A DNA stretch of 64,000 bases from Lentisphaeria bacterium (lineage in GTDB: Bacteria > Verrucomicrobiota > Lentisphaeria > JABSQK01 > JAWLHB01). How positions within the stretch are numbered: position 1 is the stretch's first letter; each line of letters begins with the position of its first letter. The translations under genes were made by a program, and so were the position numbers. Of this stretch, positions 1 through 9,080 are shown in pieces. The stretch covers positions 1 through 64,000 of the forward strand of contig JAWLHB010000033.1 of assembly GCA_041690595.1 (NCBI GenBank), read 5' to 3'. The notes below the pieces were generated by a model. That model was not told the DNA's origin, did not search any database, and saw only the letters and a list, made by a program, of their open reading frames with translations.

Positions 1-176
1 TTTGCAACCAAAACTGGCCATTGCGAAGAAATAATTCTTTGCAATGGACAACTTCGCCTCAATCAGGGCGCGAAGAATCCTGATTCGTCAGCGCTGGCGC
101 ATTATACCCGCATCTGATCCAGATTAGCCGGTCGTGCGGCAGCCGCTGATGGATTCATCTCTGGCGCCACATGCCT

Positions 177-221
177 AAAGAAAAAGCCCTATGATGACGG
201 GATGGGTCATGTCGGGCTCTT
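177..221 (-). terminator. Putative intrinsic terminator downstream of the tRNA
   Basis: Minus strand reads AGCCCGACATGAC-CCATCCC-GTCATCATAGGGCT-TTTTCTTT: an imperfect GC stem followed by a U tract, about 12 nt past the tRNA CCA. Confidence 0.55.
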
Positions 222-232
222 GGAGGATGAAA

Positions 233-309
233 TGGTAGCGGGTCAGGGATTCGAACCCCGGACACGTGGATTATGATTCCACTGCTCTAACCAACTGAGC
301 TAACCCGCC
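233..309 (-). tRNA. tRNA with CAT anticodon (elongator tRNA-Met most likely; Ile2 not excluded)
   Basis: Reverse complement GGCGGGTTAGCTCAGTTGGTTAGAGCAGTGGAATCATAATCCACGTGTCCGGGGTTCGAATCCCTGACCCGCTACCA folds as a cloverleaf with GTTCGAA T-loop and encoded CCA. No GGG/CCC anticodon stem, so not an initiator. Confidence 0.95.
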
Positions 310-328
310 ACCGAAATCGAACTGGGCA

Positions 329-358
329 CTACTAGATGCTTTCGGAGGCAATTGTCAA
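329..358 (-). promoter_or_regulatory. Possible sigma-70 promoter for the tRNA
   Basis: Perfect TTGACA (353-358), 18-nt spacer, weak -10 TAGTAG. Confidence 0.4.
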
Positions 359-392
359 CCGGTAAAACGGCAAAAAAAGACGATTCCGCTTC

Positions 393-671
393 CTATGCAT
401 GCTGGGAGTGATGACGCAGCTTAAGCTCATTACGAATGGTGAGGTAGCGGTCATGGTCTTCAGTGCTCAAGTAATTGAGGAGCTTGCGACGCCGATTCAC
501 CATCGCGACCAGGCCACGAGTGGAATGGACATCCTTGGGATGCGTCTTCAGGTGCTCCGTCATGTGCTTGATGCGTTCGGTGAGGACAGCAATCTGTACC
601 TCGGGGGAGCCGGTATCGCCTTCTTTGATGGCGAACTTCTCCATAATCTGTGCTTTGGTCTGTTTATCCAT
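393..671 (-). CDS. rpsO: 30S ribosomal protein S15
   Basis: [27 protein letters not shown] and RRKLLNYL motifs. Confidence 0.97.
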   Translation of the reverse strand: MDKQTKAQIMEKFAIKEGDTGSPEVQIAVLTERIKHMTEHLKTHPKDVHSTRGLVAMVNRRRKLLNYLSTEDHDRYLTIRNELKLRHHSQHA

Positions 672-793
672 ACCGGTTCATGTGGTTGGGTTGTAGAAAA
701 GGTCGGCGGTCAGGAATACCGGGCGAATGCAAATCGGGAAAGATGCATACCTTAGCTCGCTCCGCGGGCTTTGCAAGGCATTTACCCCACTTT

Positions 794-1825
794 TCATGAA
801 ATCGTCTGGGGCTCCTGATGGGAGAGCTCCACCAGTCGCTGGAGCGCGGCGGCTGCCTTGCCAGCGCCAACGGAGTCGCGGGCCAGCTCCATACCGTCGG
901 AAAAGTCGGCCGCCATTCCGGAGATGTAGATGACCGCGGCGGCATTCAGCACGGCGACATCGCTGCATGCCCCGGGCTTTCCGCTCAGGATATCGCGAAT
1001 GATAAGCGCGTTGGTGGCGGCATCCCCCCCCGTCAGGTCGTCGAAATGGCAGTAATCGCCGATGTAAGGCCGAGGATCGAAGGTCGTGGTGACGATACTG
1101 CCGTCGCGCAGCTCACTGATCTGCGAATTGGTAACGCCCGTGATCTCGTCCGAACCGTCATTCCCATGCACCACCATCGCCCGCTCCGTGCCAAGTTCGT
1201 GCAGCACCTGGCAGAAGATAGGCGTCAATTCCTTGTTGAAGACGCCGATGAGCTGCGCCGTGGCTCCGGCGGGGTTGGTCAGCGGGCCAAGCATGTTGAA
1301 GATGGTCCGGACCCCCAGTTCGCGGCGCGGGCCGGCCGCATGTTTCATGGCGGCATGCAGGGTCGGGGCGAATAGGAAGCCAAGGCCCCCCTCGCGGACG
1401 CACCGTCCGACGCAATTGGGACTGGCAGCCGTGTTGACGCCAAGTTCATCGAGCACATCGGCGCTGCCGCACTTGCTGGAGACGGAGCGGCTGCCGTGCT
1501 TGGCGATCTTGACCCCCGCGCCGGCGGCAATGATGGCGGCGGTGGTGGAGATATTGAAGGTGTGGCGTCCATCCCCCCCAGTGCCACAGGTATCGACGAT
1601 CGGGGGTGGCCCGGCATCGATGCGGGTGGCATGGCGGCGCATGGCGGCGGCGGCGGCGGTGATCTCGATCACGGACTCGCCTTTGATGCGAAGGGCAATG
1701 AGAAAGGCGCCGATCTGAGCTGGGGTCACCTGCCCCGTCATGATGGCGTCCATCACCTCAGTCATTTCGTTCATCTGGAGCTGGCAACCAGTCGTCACCT
1801 TCTCCAGGTAATGGCTCATCTGCAT
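794..1825 (-). CDS. trpD: Anthranilate phosphoribosyltransferase
   Basis: DTCGTGGDG, FNIST, KHGSRSVSSKCGSAD and RTIFNMLGPLTNP motifs. Confidence 0.97.
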   Translation of the reverse strand: MQMSHYLEKVTTGCQLQMNEMTEVMDAIMTGQVTPAQIGAFLIALRIKGESVIEITAAAAAMRRHATRIDAGPPPIVDTCGTGGDGRHTFNISTTAAIIAAGAGVKIAKHGSRSVSSKCGSADVLDELGVNTAASPNCVGRCVREGGLGFLFAPTLHAAMKHAAGPRRELGVRTIFNMLGPLTNPAGATAQLIGVFNKELTPIFCQVLHELGTERAMVVHGNDGSDEITGVTNSQISELRDGSIVTTTFDPRPYIGDYCHFDDLTGGDAATNALIIRDILSGKPGACSDVAVLNAAAVIYISGMAADFSDGMELARDSVGAGKAAAALQRLVELSHQEPQTIS

Positions 1826-3152
1826 CGGTTTTGGACTCCGGGGTGGTCGCGTGTTGGGCTTGGGGTGAGACTGGAAGAATGACTTCGTTGATCAGCTCGC
1901 CGGTGTCGTCCACGGGTACGCCTTTCTCGAATTTCTTCAAGACTTCCTGGCCATCACCCAAGGTAACGAGAAAGATACCGCTGTAGGGCTTGTCGTCAAT
2001 ATACGTACCCTGGCTGATCTGATCGCCGCGCAGATTGAAGCGACTCTCGAAGCCTTGCCGTCTGCCATGCACAAGGTTGATCAGCCACGCCAACTGGCCG
2101 TTTTCGTGGTACTCGATATAGGAACCGTGAAGATGGTTGTTGAGCCAGGTCATCCGCTTCCACGGCTGTTCATTGATATGAAACCATTCTTCGGGGCCAT
2201 TCTTGACTCCGTTGACAAAGGTCATGCGGCGCCGGATGTAATCCTTGGCATAGTACTCCATGACCACCCCGGTGACTGGCTTCCCCTCTTCCGTCAGCAC
2301 CCCGTCAACCAGCTTGCCCTCCTGATAATTGTCGACCCACATCTGTCCTGGTTGAAAGCCGAGGCTGCGAAAGGTGCCGCTCCACCGCTCTCCACGGCGA
2401 TAGATGCCGCTGTTGATCTCCTGGCCGTTTCCATCCATTTCCAGGTAGAGGCCATTGAGGACTCCTTCCTTCCAGGTGCAACTGAGGAGCAGCTTGCCCT
2501 CGGGGCTCCAGCGTTTCTGCTGGCCATTCTTGATGCCATCCACATAGGAGATCAAGGCCTTGGGCTCACCATTGGGATAGAACGTCTCGGCGGTGCCGTG
2601 GAGGACATCCAACTTCCAGTTGAGCTTGGCCTTGATCTTGTCGTTTGGATAGTAGAGAGTCTGGGGACCATTCTTGCGATCGTCCTGCCAGGTCGTTTCC
2701 GCCCGCAGCAGCCCCGTTTCGTCCCAGGCTTTGGCGACACCGTTCTTCTTGTCGTGTTCGTAGACGACCAGATGGCTCCTACGGCCCGATTCGCTGAACC
2801 AGGTCCACGGTCCATGGCGTTTGTCCTCGTGAAAAAAACCCGTCTGTCGAGTCTTGCCGCTCACATACCAAGCCTCGAATTGACCGTGCTTCTTGCCGTG
2901 CTGGTAAACCGTCAGGGTCCGGTTGTGCTGCCCCTGCATGTTGTAGAGCGTAACATCCGGACCATGTTTGACAAACCTCTCGTTGGCCGCGGGATACGCC
3001 ACATAGACGCGACTGAGGCGCCGGGTTCCGGGAAAATACTCCCCCCGCTTCTTCAGGTTGGCTGGAGTTTCACCGGAATTGCCGAAGGCCATGATGCGCG
3101 CAGGCGAGCCCAGCATGAGCAGGATAGACAGGATGCGAAGCCAACGGATCAT
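1758..3152 (-). CDS. Secreted MORN-variant (YwqK-like) repeat protein
   Basis: Signal peptide MIRWLRILSILLML, many repeats of the type GxxHGxxxxWYxxG. Start chosen at the ATGA overlap with the trpF stop. Confidence 0.85.
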   Translation of the reverse strand: MIRWLRILSILLMLGSPARIMAFGNSGETPANLKKRGEYFPGTRRLSRVYVAYPAANERFVKHGPDVTLYNMQGQHNRTLTVYQHGKKHGQFEAWYVSGKTRQTGFFHEDKRHGPWTWFSESGRRSHLVVYEHDKKNGVAKAWDETGLLRAETTWQDDRKNGPQTLYYPNDKIKAKLNWKLDVLHGTAETFYPNGEPKALISYVDGIKNGQQKRWSPEGKLLLSCTWKEGVLNGLYLEMDGNGQEINSGIYRRGERWSGTFRSLGFQPGQMWVDNYQEGKLVDGVLTEEGKPVTGVVMEYYAKDYIRRRMTFVNGVKNGPEEWFHINEQPWKRMTWLNNHLHGSYIEYHENGQLAWLINLVHGRRQGFESRFNLRGDQISQGTYIDDKPYSGIFLVTLGDGQEVLKKFEKGVPVDDTGELINEVILPVSPQAQHATTPESKTDADEPLPGEGDDWLPAPDERND

Positions 3153-3784
3153 CCTCGCCCCCCCACTGAAGCGGCGCGGGCAGCAGCCACAAAAGCATGG
3201 ACGCGGCCGTGGTCTTTGCGCCCTTTTGACTGCTCCACGCCGGATGATACATCGACTCCCCAAGGCACCACCTGCGTAATGGCCGCCGCAACGTTATCGG
3301 GGGTGAGGCCACCGGCAAGGATCAGCCGGCACCGCCGTGCCGCTTCAGCCGCCAGAGACCAGTCGCCGGTCAGGCCACTGCCACCATGTTCCGGTGTCGG
3401 GGTATCGGCAAGCACCGGCCAGGATGAAAACTCGCCGAGCCGTTCCAGATCCGCCGGCGTCCGAAAGGCGAGCGCCTTGACGGTCCGCAGCGGGGCCAGG
3501 CCGCGCAGATAAGCGGCGGACTCGCTGCCGTGGCATTGCACTCGCTTGAGGCCGGCGTGGGCCGCGATCTCGCGAACGCGGTCAAGATCTTCATTCACGA
3601 AAACACCCACACTCTCTGTCTCCGCTGGCAGCTTGCCAATGATCTCTTTCGCCTGGTCGGGTGTCAGATACCGGGCGCTGCGTGCATAGAAGATGAAGCC
3701 CAGCCAGCTTGCACCTGCGTCGAGTGCACAACGCGCATCGACCAGATTCGTGAGCCCACAGATTTTCACGATTACTTTGCTCAT
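3149..3784 (-). CDS. trpF: Phosphoribosylanthranilate isomerase
   Basis: VKICGLT, GFIFY, GGSG, ILAGGLTPDNV and GVDVSSGVE motifs. Confidence 0.96.
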   Translation of the reverse strand: MSKVIVKICGLTNLVDARCALDAGASWLGFIFYARSARYLTPDQAKEIIGKLPAETESVGVFVNEDLDRVREIAAHAGLKRVQCHGSESAAYLRGLAPLRTVKALAFRTPADLERLGEFSSWPVLADTPTPEHGGSGLTGDWSLAAEAARRCRLILAGGLTPDNVAAAITQVVPWGVDVSSGVEQSKGRKDHGRVHAFVAAARAASVGGRG

Positions 3785-3931
3785 TGAATACGCTCATGTA
3801 GGCCATACAATGGTACCGCGCCGGCCAGCTGTCAATGGAAAGCGTGGCGGTTGGCGGGGCCGCCGTCTGCGACTCGGAACTTGCGGACATGGGCGTCAGC
3901 GCCTATTGTGAAAGCAGCAGAGGAGCTTTAC

Positions 3932-4195
3932 ATGTTCACCGAATTGCTTCAGCAACTCGTCATCATCGATACGGACAGCAATTTTGCCTATGTAGGCGAA
4001 CTGGTGGAGACGAGCGACCACTTTGTGCGGCTCCGCGGGGTATCCATCTACGATCGGCACGAAGCGCGGATCTCACTGGACAAGTTCGTTGTCGAGTGCG
4101 CCACGTACGGGGCCCCGGCGGCTCGCGAGGAGATCCTGGTTCTTCTGCCGCGTGTCGTCGCCGTTTCCCGCCTTAGCGACGTCATTCTGCCCTGA
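3932..4195 (+). CDS. Small hypothetical protein, Sm/LSm-like beta-barrel pattern
   Basis: AGGAG RBS before ATG 3932; VIIDTDSNFAYVGELVETSDHFVRL and ILVLLPRVVAVSRL resemble Sm1/Sm2 strands. Confidence 0.65.
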   Translation: MFTELLQQLVIIDTDSNFAYVGELVETSDHFVRLRGVSIYDRHEARISLDKFVVECATYGAPAAREEILVLLPRVVAVSRLSDVILP

Positions 4196-4206
4196 AAGTG
4201 CAGCCG

Positions 4207-5250
4207 TCAGATCTTCGTGTTCATTCTGAAAATGCGCCGATTGGCCTTGACGGTTCGCTCGAGATTGCGGGGAGTGATCAGCAGGTAGCGATTGTCGAAC
4301 GCGTACTTCGTCTCATCATCACCCCCCTTCACAAAGGTCTGCTTCGGCAGGACACACGCGTGCAGCCCTTCCGCCTTGATGGCAAAGCCCAGGTTATAAA
4401 CAGTGGTGACCGCGGCGACAACAACCAGCTGCTTCGCCGTAGCCCGCTCGAAGACGCGACTTTCGTGATAGTTCGCCGGCAGGTCCACAAATGAGACGAC
4501 CACGCGGATGTCACTGCCCGCCGACTGCACCCACTCGTCAAGCTGGGAATTGGACATGGTAAGCAGTTCCACGGTCTCATCCACGAGGTCCGGTCTTGTC
4601 GGCGCCGGCACGTGCAGGTTCTTGATGACCGAGACATCGAGTTTGCCGCCAGTGCCGCTCGACAACCCCTGCTTGACGGCGGAAATATACTCCTCATTCT
4701 GATCCGCCTGCCCGAAGATAAGCAGTGCCTTCGTTCCGGGATTGATGGAACCGGCAATCTCCTGACCGAGCATGATGGCGACCTCGCGGCGCCACTGCAC
4801 CGCATCCCGGCGAATCTCCTGGTGCAACGCCGTGCCCGCCGGATCCGAGAAGAAAATGGAGCCACAGATGAATACCAGCACGATGCTGGCCGCAAAAATC
4901 GTGGCGGCACGGTTGGCCAGATAAATGTCCAGCTTGGGCAATTGCCCCCGCAAGAGCATGCGGCGCATGTGCGGATTCTGCAAGCCACGGCTCTTCACAT
5001 GGCAGGTGAACATCAGGACTATGGCCGCGATTATGAGCAAGTACCACATGGCAGGACCCGCGGGTCGGTTGGGTTCATCGTCACCGTAGATGTCATCGGG
5101 AGAGCTGGACGCCGGAACGGCTCCCCACACTGGTAGCTTCGCCTCGCTTCGATTGCAAGCGTGAATCATGCTTTTTGCCCTCATCAGGGCACCCGCATTC
5201 GCCTCCGCCGTCGACTGATTCGCGGCGTCGGAGTTGACGGACGCATCCAC
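4207..5250 (-). CDS. Hypothetical membrane protein (2 TM plus alpha/beta C-terminal domain)
   Basis: 347-aa ORF with two hydrophobic segments; start uncertain. Confidence 0.7.
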   Translation of the reverse strand: MDASVNSDAANQSTAEANAGALMRAKSMIHACNRSEAKLPVWGAVPASSSPDDIYGDDEPNRPAGPAMWYLLIIAAIVLMFTCHVKSRGLQNPHMRRMLLRGQLPKLDIYLANRAATIFAASIVLVFICGSIFFSDPAGTALHQEIRRDAVQWRREVAIMLGQEIAGSINPGTKALLIFGQADQNEEYISAVKQGLSSGTGGKLDVSVIKNLHVPAPTRPDLVDETVELLTMSNSQLDEWVQSAGSDIRVVVSFVDLPANYHESRVFERATAKQLVVVAAVTTVYNLGFAIKAEGLHACVLPKQTFVKGGDDETKYAFDNRYLLITPRNLERTVKANRRIFRMNTKI

Positions 5251-5334
5251 GGCGGTACATTATCGCGAGGCTTGGGAGCTGTAAATACCGGCATTCCGCC
5301 GGCCCGGCAGACATGAGCTTGGAGGGATTCAGCC

Positions 5335-6069
5335 ATGACGATGACGGCGACAAACAACGCGGTCAGAGCGCGCCCATTCACCTTGATCGAGATGATCGTG
5401 GTGATGGTCCTGATGCTTGTTCTGATGGGATTGAGCGTGGGAACATATCGCATAATCAGCCGAGGCAATCAGGTCAGCAACACCGCCCGCGAAGTCGGCA
5501 GCGTTCTCCGACTCGCCCGCCATGCGGCTGTAACCAAGCGTGAATATGTAGCTTGCCTCTTTCCGGGCAGCGAGTTGAACAGCCTGTCGCCCAATCTGCG
5601 CTACAATTGCTACCGCCTGGCGGCAGTCAAGGCCGTTGGCGCTTCCAGTTTTGAGTTCATTCGCTGGTTGGACGAGGACAGCTGGCACTTTTCGCCCAGC
5701 TCCGTCGCCATCATGGAGGTGGATGACGACCCGGGCATCTTCGACGGTACGCTCAATTCATATGAGCCTATTCCCGAGGACGACAACTCGACGCTCGTCC
5801 GCGATGTGGATCTGACCTCGCTTGGGGGCGGGGGCTCCGTCGCCAACATGCGCGCCGTCGTCTTCTCCCCCAACGGCCGCCTCGAGGGGGACTCGCAATT
5901 CATCACCATCGGCCGCGCCAACTTCAGCAGCAGCAGTACCTGGGAGATCGAGCCGAGAGACAACCTGACGGTGAACCGCAGCACGCCGGACCAAATGACG
6001 ATCGACATACATCGCTACACTGGCCGCATCTCTTATGTCGAGGTCTCCAACTATCCCCTCCCGAATTGA
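5335..6069 (+). CDS. Prepilin-type N-terminal domain protein, FimT/GspH-like (Verru_Chthon cassette D-like)
   Basis: RARP|FTLIEMIVVMVLM, then LRLARHAAV and VVFSPNG; GGAGG RBS. Confidence 0.85.
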   Translation: MTMTATNNAVRARPFTLIEMIVVMVLMLVLMGLSVGTYRIISRGNQVSNTAREVGSVLRLARHAAVTKREYVACLFPGSELNSLSPNLRYNCYRLAAVKAVGASSFEFIRWLDEDSWHFSPSSVAIMEVDDDPGIFDGTLNSYEPIPEDDNSTLVRDVDLTSLGGGGSVANMRAVVFSPNGRLEGDSQFITIGRANFSSSSTWEIEPRDNLTVNRSTPDQMTIDIHRYTGRISYVEVSNYPLPN

Positions 6070-6181
6070 TACCATGGTGTATCATTGTGATGCCGCAGCC
6101 AGATCACTCAAGCCAACGAAATCGGGAACAAACGGCGCCGATCCTGCGGAAATCGTTCACTTTTGAAGCTATCTCACTGCT

Positions 6182-6197
6182 TGGCACGATAGATGCT
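6182..6197 (+). promoter_or_regulatory. Sigma-54 (-24/-12) promoter
   Basis: TGGCACGATAGATGCT matches TGGCACG-N4-TTGC(A/T) with one mismatch and correct GG-N10-GC spacing, 100 bp upstream of a pilin-like gene. Confidence 0.7.
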
Positions 6198-6296
6198 TGA
6201 AAGGCAGTCGGCAGATGAATAAGCTGCTTTTGGTCTCGCCTTTAGAAATCAATCAGAGAGTCACCATCCACACCCAATCAATCAGGAGCCGTGACG

Positions 6297-8282
6297 ATGA
6301 AAACAAACACAATCCGCCCCCCCACCAGCTGTCATCCCTTCAACATGATCGAGGTGATACTTGCCCTCGTCATCGTCTTGCTTGGCGTCATTAGCCTGAT
6401 GGCGTTATTTCCCATCGGCCACAATGCGACGCAGGATGCCATTGGCCGCAATGCCGCGGCCGACGCCGGCAACCAGTTCCTCGGTTATTTCAGCTCAAAG
6501 GTGAAGGAACGTTGGGCGTTGGCCAACACCCTGCCCATCAGCAAGGCAGGCCCCGAAGAGGCAAACCTCGTCTGGCAAAGTGCCGATGCCAACCAGATCT
6601 TCACCGGCGTCAAGGGCCTCGCATTGTTCTACAATGATGAAGACAACGACGGCAAGTTCGATTATACCATCACCGCAACGGATCTCTCACGCGACGAAAG
6701 CGGTATTTTCATGCTGCAGCAGCGCACCGCACAGAATCTTGACGACTTCAGCGCCATTCTCCGCGTCTGGAAAACCCCCTCCCAATACAATGCGTTGTCG
6801 GGGGCAGTGACCAGCAGCGAGGCGATTCCCCTCAGCTCCGGCCTCACCCTCAATGTTGAGGTGAGTTGGCCCGCGCACTTGGCCTATGACAAACGCCAGA
6901 AAGAAGTCTACCAGATGGATGTCTTTCGGCCGATCGTCAACGATGTGGACGATGTGAAAGGAGCCTTCCGCATTACTCAGCCCGGCAAGCTCCGCGTCAC
7001 CTATCATGGTTCAGACGCCGGCTGGGTATCGGAGTTGTGGATGATCACCGATCCAGACAAACCCGAAGAGGCCACCCAGATCTTCGACAGCAATCAGACC
7101 ACGGACCAGAACACCGTCATCGAGGAAGACTACAACGGTCAGGACATAAATTTCTACTCCCTGACGCACAGCCCCACCTACGGTGTCTACAAGCACTATG
7201 CCTGGGCCCCCGCCCCACCCGACTGCACCTGCGTATGCCGTCATTTTGCCGGTGAATTGAATATCAATCCAAACAACAGCACAGCGAACGAGTTCCGCAT
7301 GCGCTTTCCGGCACAGGCTCAGGATCCTGACGTGGCAGGCGACGAATTCCTCGCAAGGGGTGAAATCACCCGCGATGATTTGCACAACAATCCCGCCCAT
7401 GATTCCAATGGCGTTGTCTACCATGGTCCCGTGAACTTCATCCATGTGAAGCCCAAGGGCAATGGCAATCAGAACACCTTCCTCGTCGACGGCGGCGTCT
7501 ATCCGCTGGAGAACAAGAACACCTATACCTTCCAGCCACAGGAGTTGGACGGCATTATGGTGAAGCTGTACAACGACAAGGTCAAGAATGGCAAGTGCAT
7601 GGGCCATTGGTGGATCGCCGTCGATTCCGACTGCGGCCAGGTGCTGCAGGAAGCCCAGACGCATGACCTGCGCTGCCCCAAGCATCCCAACAACATCGGG
7701 ACCACAGCCAATACCGGCAACCTTCCGTACTACGACAACTACCTCGGCCTCACCAATGACCAGGCCAATTTCAATGGCGCGTATGACCAGGTGAGCGGCC
7801 GCGGCTACGCGGTCGTGATCGAGCAGGAACCGGCGCAGAAGTGGCTGATCAAATTCGAAGACCAGCCAGGAAAGACCACCGACTGGGACTACAACGACAT
7901 CGTTATCACCGTCGAGCTTTTCCCCGATTCCGGTATCACCCATGAACTGGGCGATGCCTCGGTCGAAGGCAACCTCCTCCTCGATCCCAACAACAGCGAC
8001 GATTGGCGCGTTTCCGTGATCAAGGCCGATGGCACCTTCCTCACCGATGCATCGCTGCGCGACGGTGCCGGTGGTTACTCCGGCAAGGCAGTCGCCATCT
8101 GGATGCAGCCTCGCGGCGCGGGTACGCAGTCCCTGATCGTCAACGGCGAGACCATTACCGTGAACAACGATTCGTTGATCTCCATCATGTCCACCGATCT
8201 CGATGTCAATGTGCATTCTCTCGCCAGCTCGTGGAAGGCGAATATCACTGCAGCGAATGCCTACTTCACCGTCATGGAGTGA
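6297..8282 (+). CDS. PilV/GspI-like pseudopilin (Verru_Chthon B-like) with a large C-terminal extension (DUF4114-like motif and a duplicated domain)
   Basis: HP|FNMIEVILALVIVLLGVISLMALFPIG, VEVSWP and FEDQPGKTTDWDYNDIVITV motifs; AGGAG RBS. Confidence 0.8.
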   Translation: MKTNTIRPPTSCHPFNMIEVILALVIVLLGVISLMALFPIGHNATQDAIGRNAAADAGNQFLGYFSSKVKERWALANTLPISKAGPEEANLVWQSADANQIFTGVKGLALFYNDEDNDGKFDYTITATDLSRDESGIFMLQQRTAQNLDDFSAILRVWKTPSQYNALSGAVTSSEAIPLSSGLTLNVEVSWPAHLAYDKRQKEVYQMDVFRPIVNDVDDVKGAFRITQPGKLRVTYHGSDAGWVSELWMITDPDKPEEATQIFDSNQTTDQNTVIEEDYNGQDINFYSLTHSPTYGVYKHYAWAPAPPDCTCVCRHFAGELNINPNNSTANEFRMRFPAQAQDPDVAGDEFLARGEITRDDLHNNPAHDSNGVVYHGPVNFIHVKPKGNGNQNTFLVDGGVYPLENKNTYTFQPQELDGIMVKLYNDKVKNGKCMGHWWIAVDSDCGQVLQEAQTHDLRCPKHPNNIGTTANTGNLPYYDNYLGLTNDQANFNGAYDQVSGRGYAVVIEQEPAQKWLIKFEDQPGKTTDWDYNDIVITVELFPDSGITHELGDASVEGNLLLDPNNSDDWRVSVIKADGTFLTDASLRDGAGGYSGKAVAIWMQPRGAGTQSLIVNGETITVNNDSLISIMSTDLDVNVHSLASSWKANITAANAYFTVME

Positions 8283-8366
8283 GTGACTGACCGAAGCGCA
8301 CTTTGAAAACTGAACAACTTCGCATGGGCAGATCACATCAGGTGGTCTGCCCTGCGGCATTTCGCC

Positions 8367-9071
8367 ATGCATAGTCAAAAATTCCAGAGCCATCGCTCGC
8401 CCTTCACCTTGATCGAGATCATGGTCGCCATGCTTATCCTGAGCATCCTCTTGTTGTTGCTCATGCGTATTCTCGTGACCAGCCAATCCATCTGGCTACG
8501 CAATACTACCGATGCGCAGGTATTCGAGAACGCCTGGGTCGCCCTCGACGTCATCGAGCGGGACGTGCGAAGCATGGTCGCCTCATCCCTCCCCAAACGA
8601 GAGATCGGCTTTTATCTTGCCGAGAACGACATCACCGACGAGGCAAAATCATTGTCGGCATGCATCGTCTCCGCGATTGAGCCGCCGATCAAGGCGAACT
8701 CCCAGCTTTGCGAGATCTCGTATTTCTTTCATAAGGATCCCAAGGCGCCAAGCACCCGTCATCGGCTGATGCGACAGATCATAACCGACGACAACGCCAA
8801 TTGGAACTTCTTTGGCGCTCCCGCGGACTGGTACCTTAACGGTGCCTCGTCAGAACTCCTGGTCAGCGGCGTTGATGATTTCAGGATACTTTTCTACGAT
8901 GCGCTTGGCAATATTATTCCTTACGACACCGAGGAGTTTTCCCTTCCAAGCCGGGTAGAGATATTTCTGCTCTTGTTTGACGAAGCTGCCATTGATCTGC
9001 CGCCGGAGAAGCGTCAGGAGACGTTCCGGGGATTCACCCGTGTGATAGATCTGAAGGATGTCGACCATTAG
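8367..9071 (+). CDS. PilW/GspJ-like pseudopilin (Verru_Chthon C-like)
   Basis: RSP|FTLIEIMVAMLILSILL, ALDVIERDV, EISYF and LPSRVEIFL motifs. Confidence 0.85.
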   Translation: MHSQKFQSHRSPFTLIEIMVAMLILSILLLLLMRILVTSQSIWLRNTTDAQVFENAWVALDVIERDVRSMVASSLPKREIGFYLAENDITDEAKSLSACIVSAIEPPIKANSQLCEISYFFHKDPKAPSTRHRLMRQIITDDNANWNFFGAPADWYLNGASSELLVSGVDDFRILFYDALGNIIPYDTEEFSLPSRVEIFLLLFDEAAIDLPPEKRQETFRGFTRVIDLKDVDH

Positions 9072-9080
9072 GGGGTCATC

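Noticed and set aside
233..309. Initiator tRNA or prophage attachment site
   Set aside because: Lacks initiator hallmarks; no duplicate tRNA 3' end or integrase seen in the window
2055..3512. Long antisense or alternative-frame ORFs (also 7011-8486, 9888-11513, 23074-24435, 33589-35028, 43314-44717)
   Set aside because: Shadow ORFs of well-supported genes, expected in high-GC DNA
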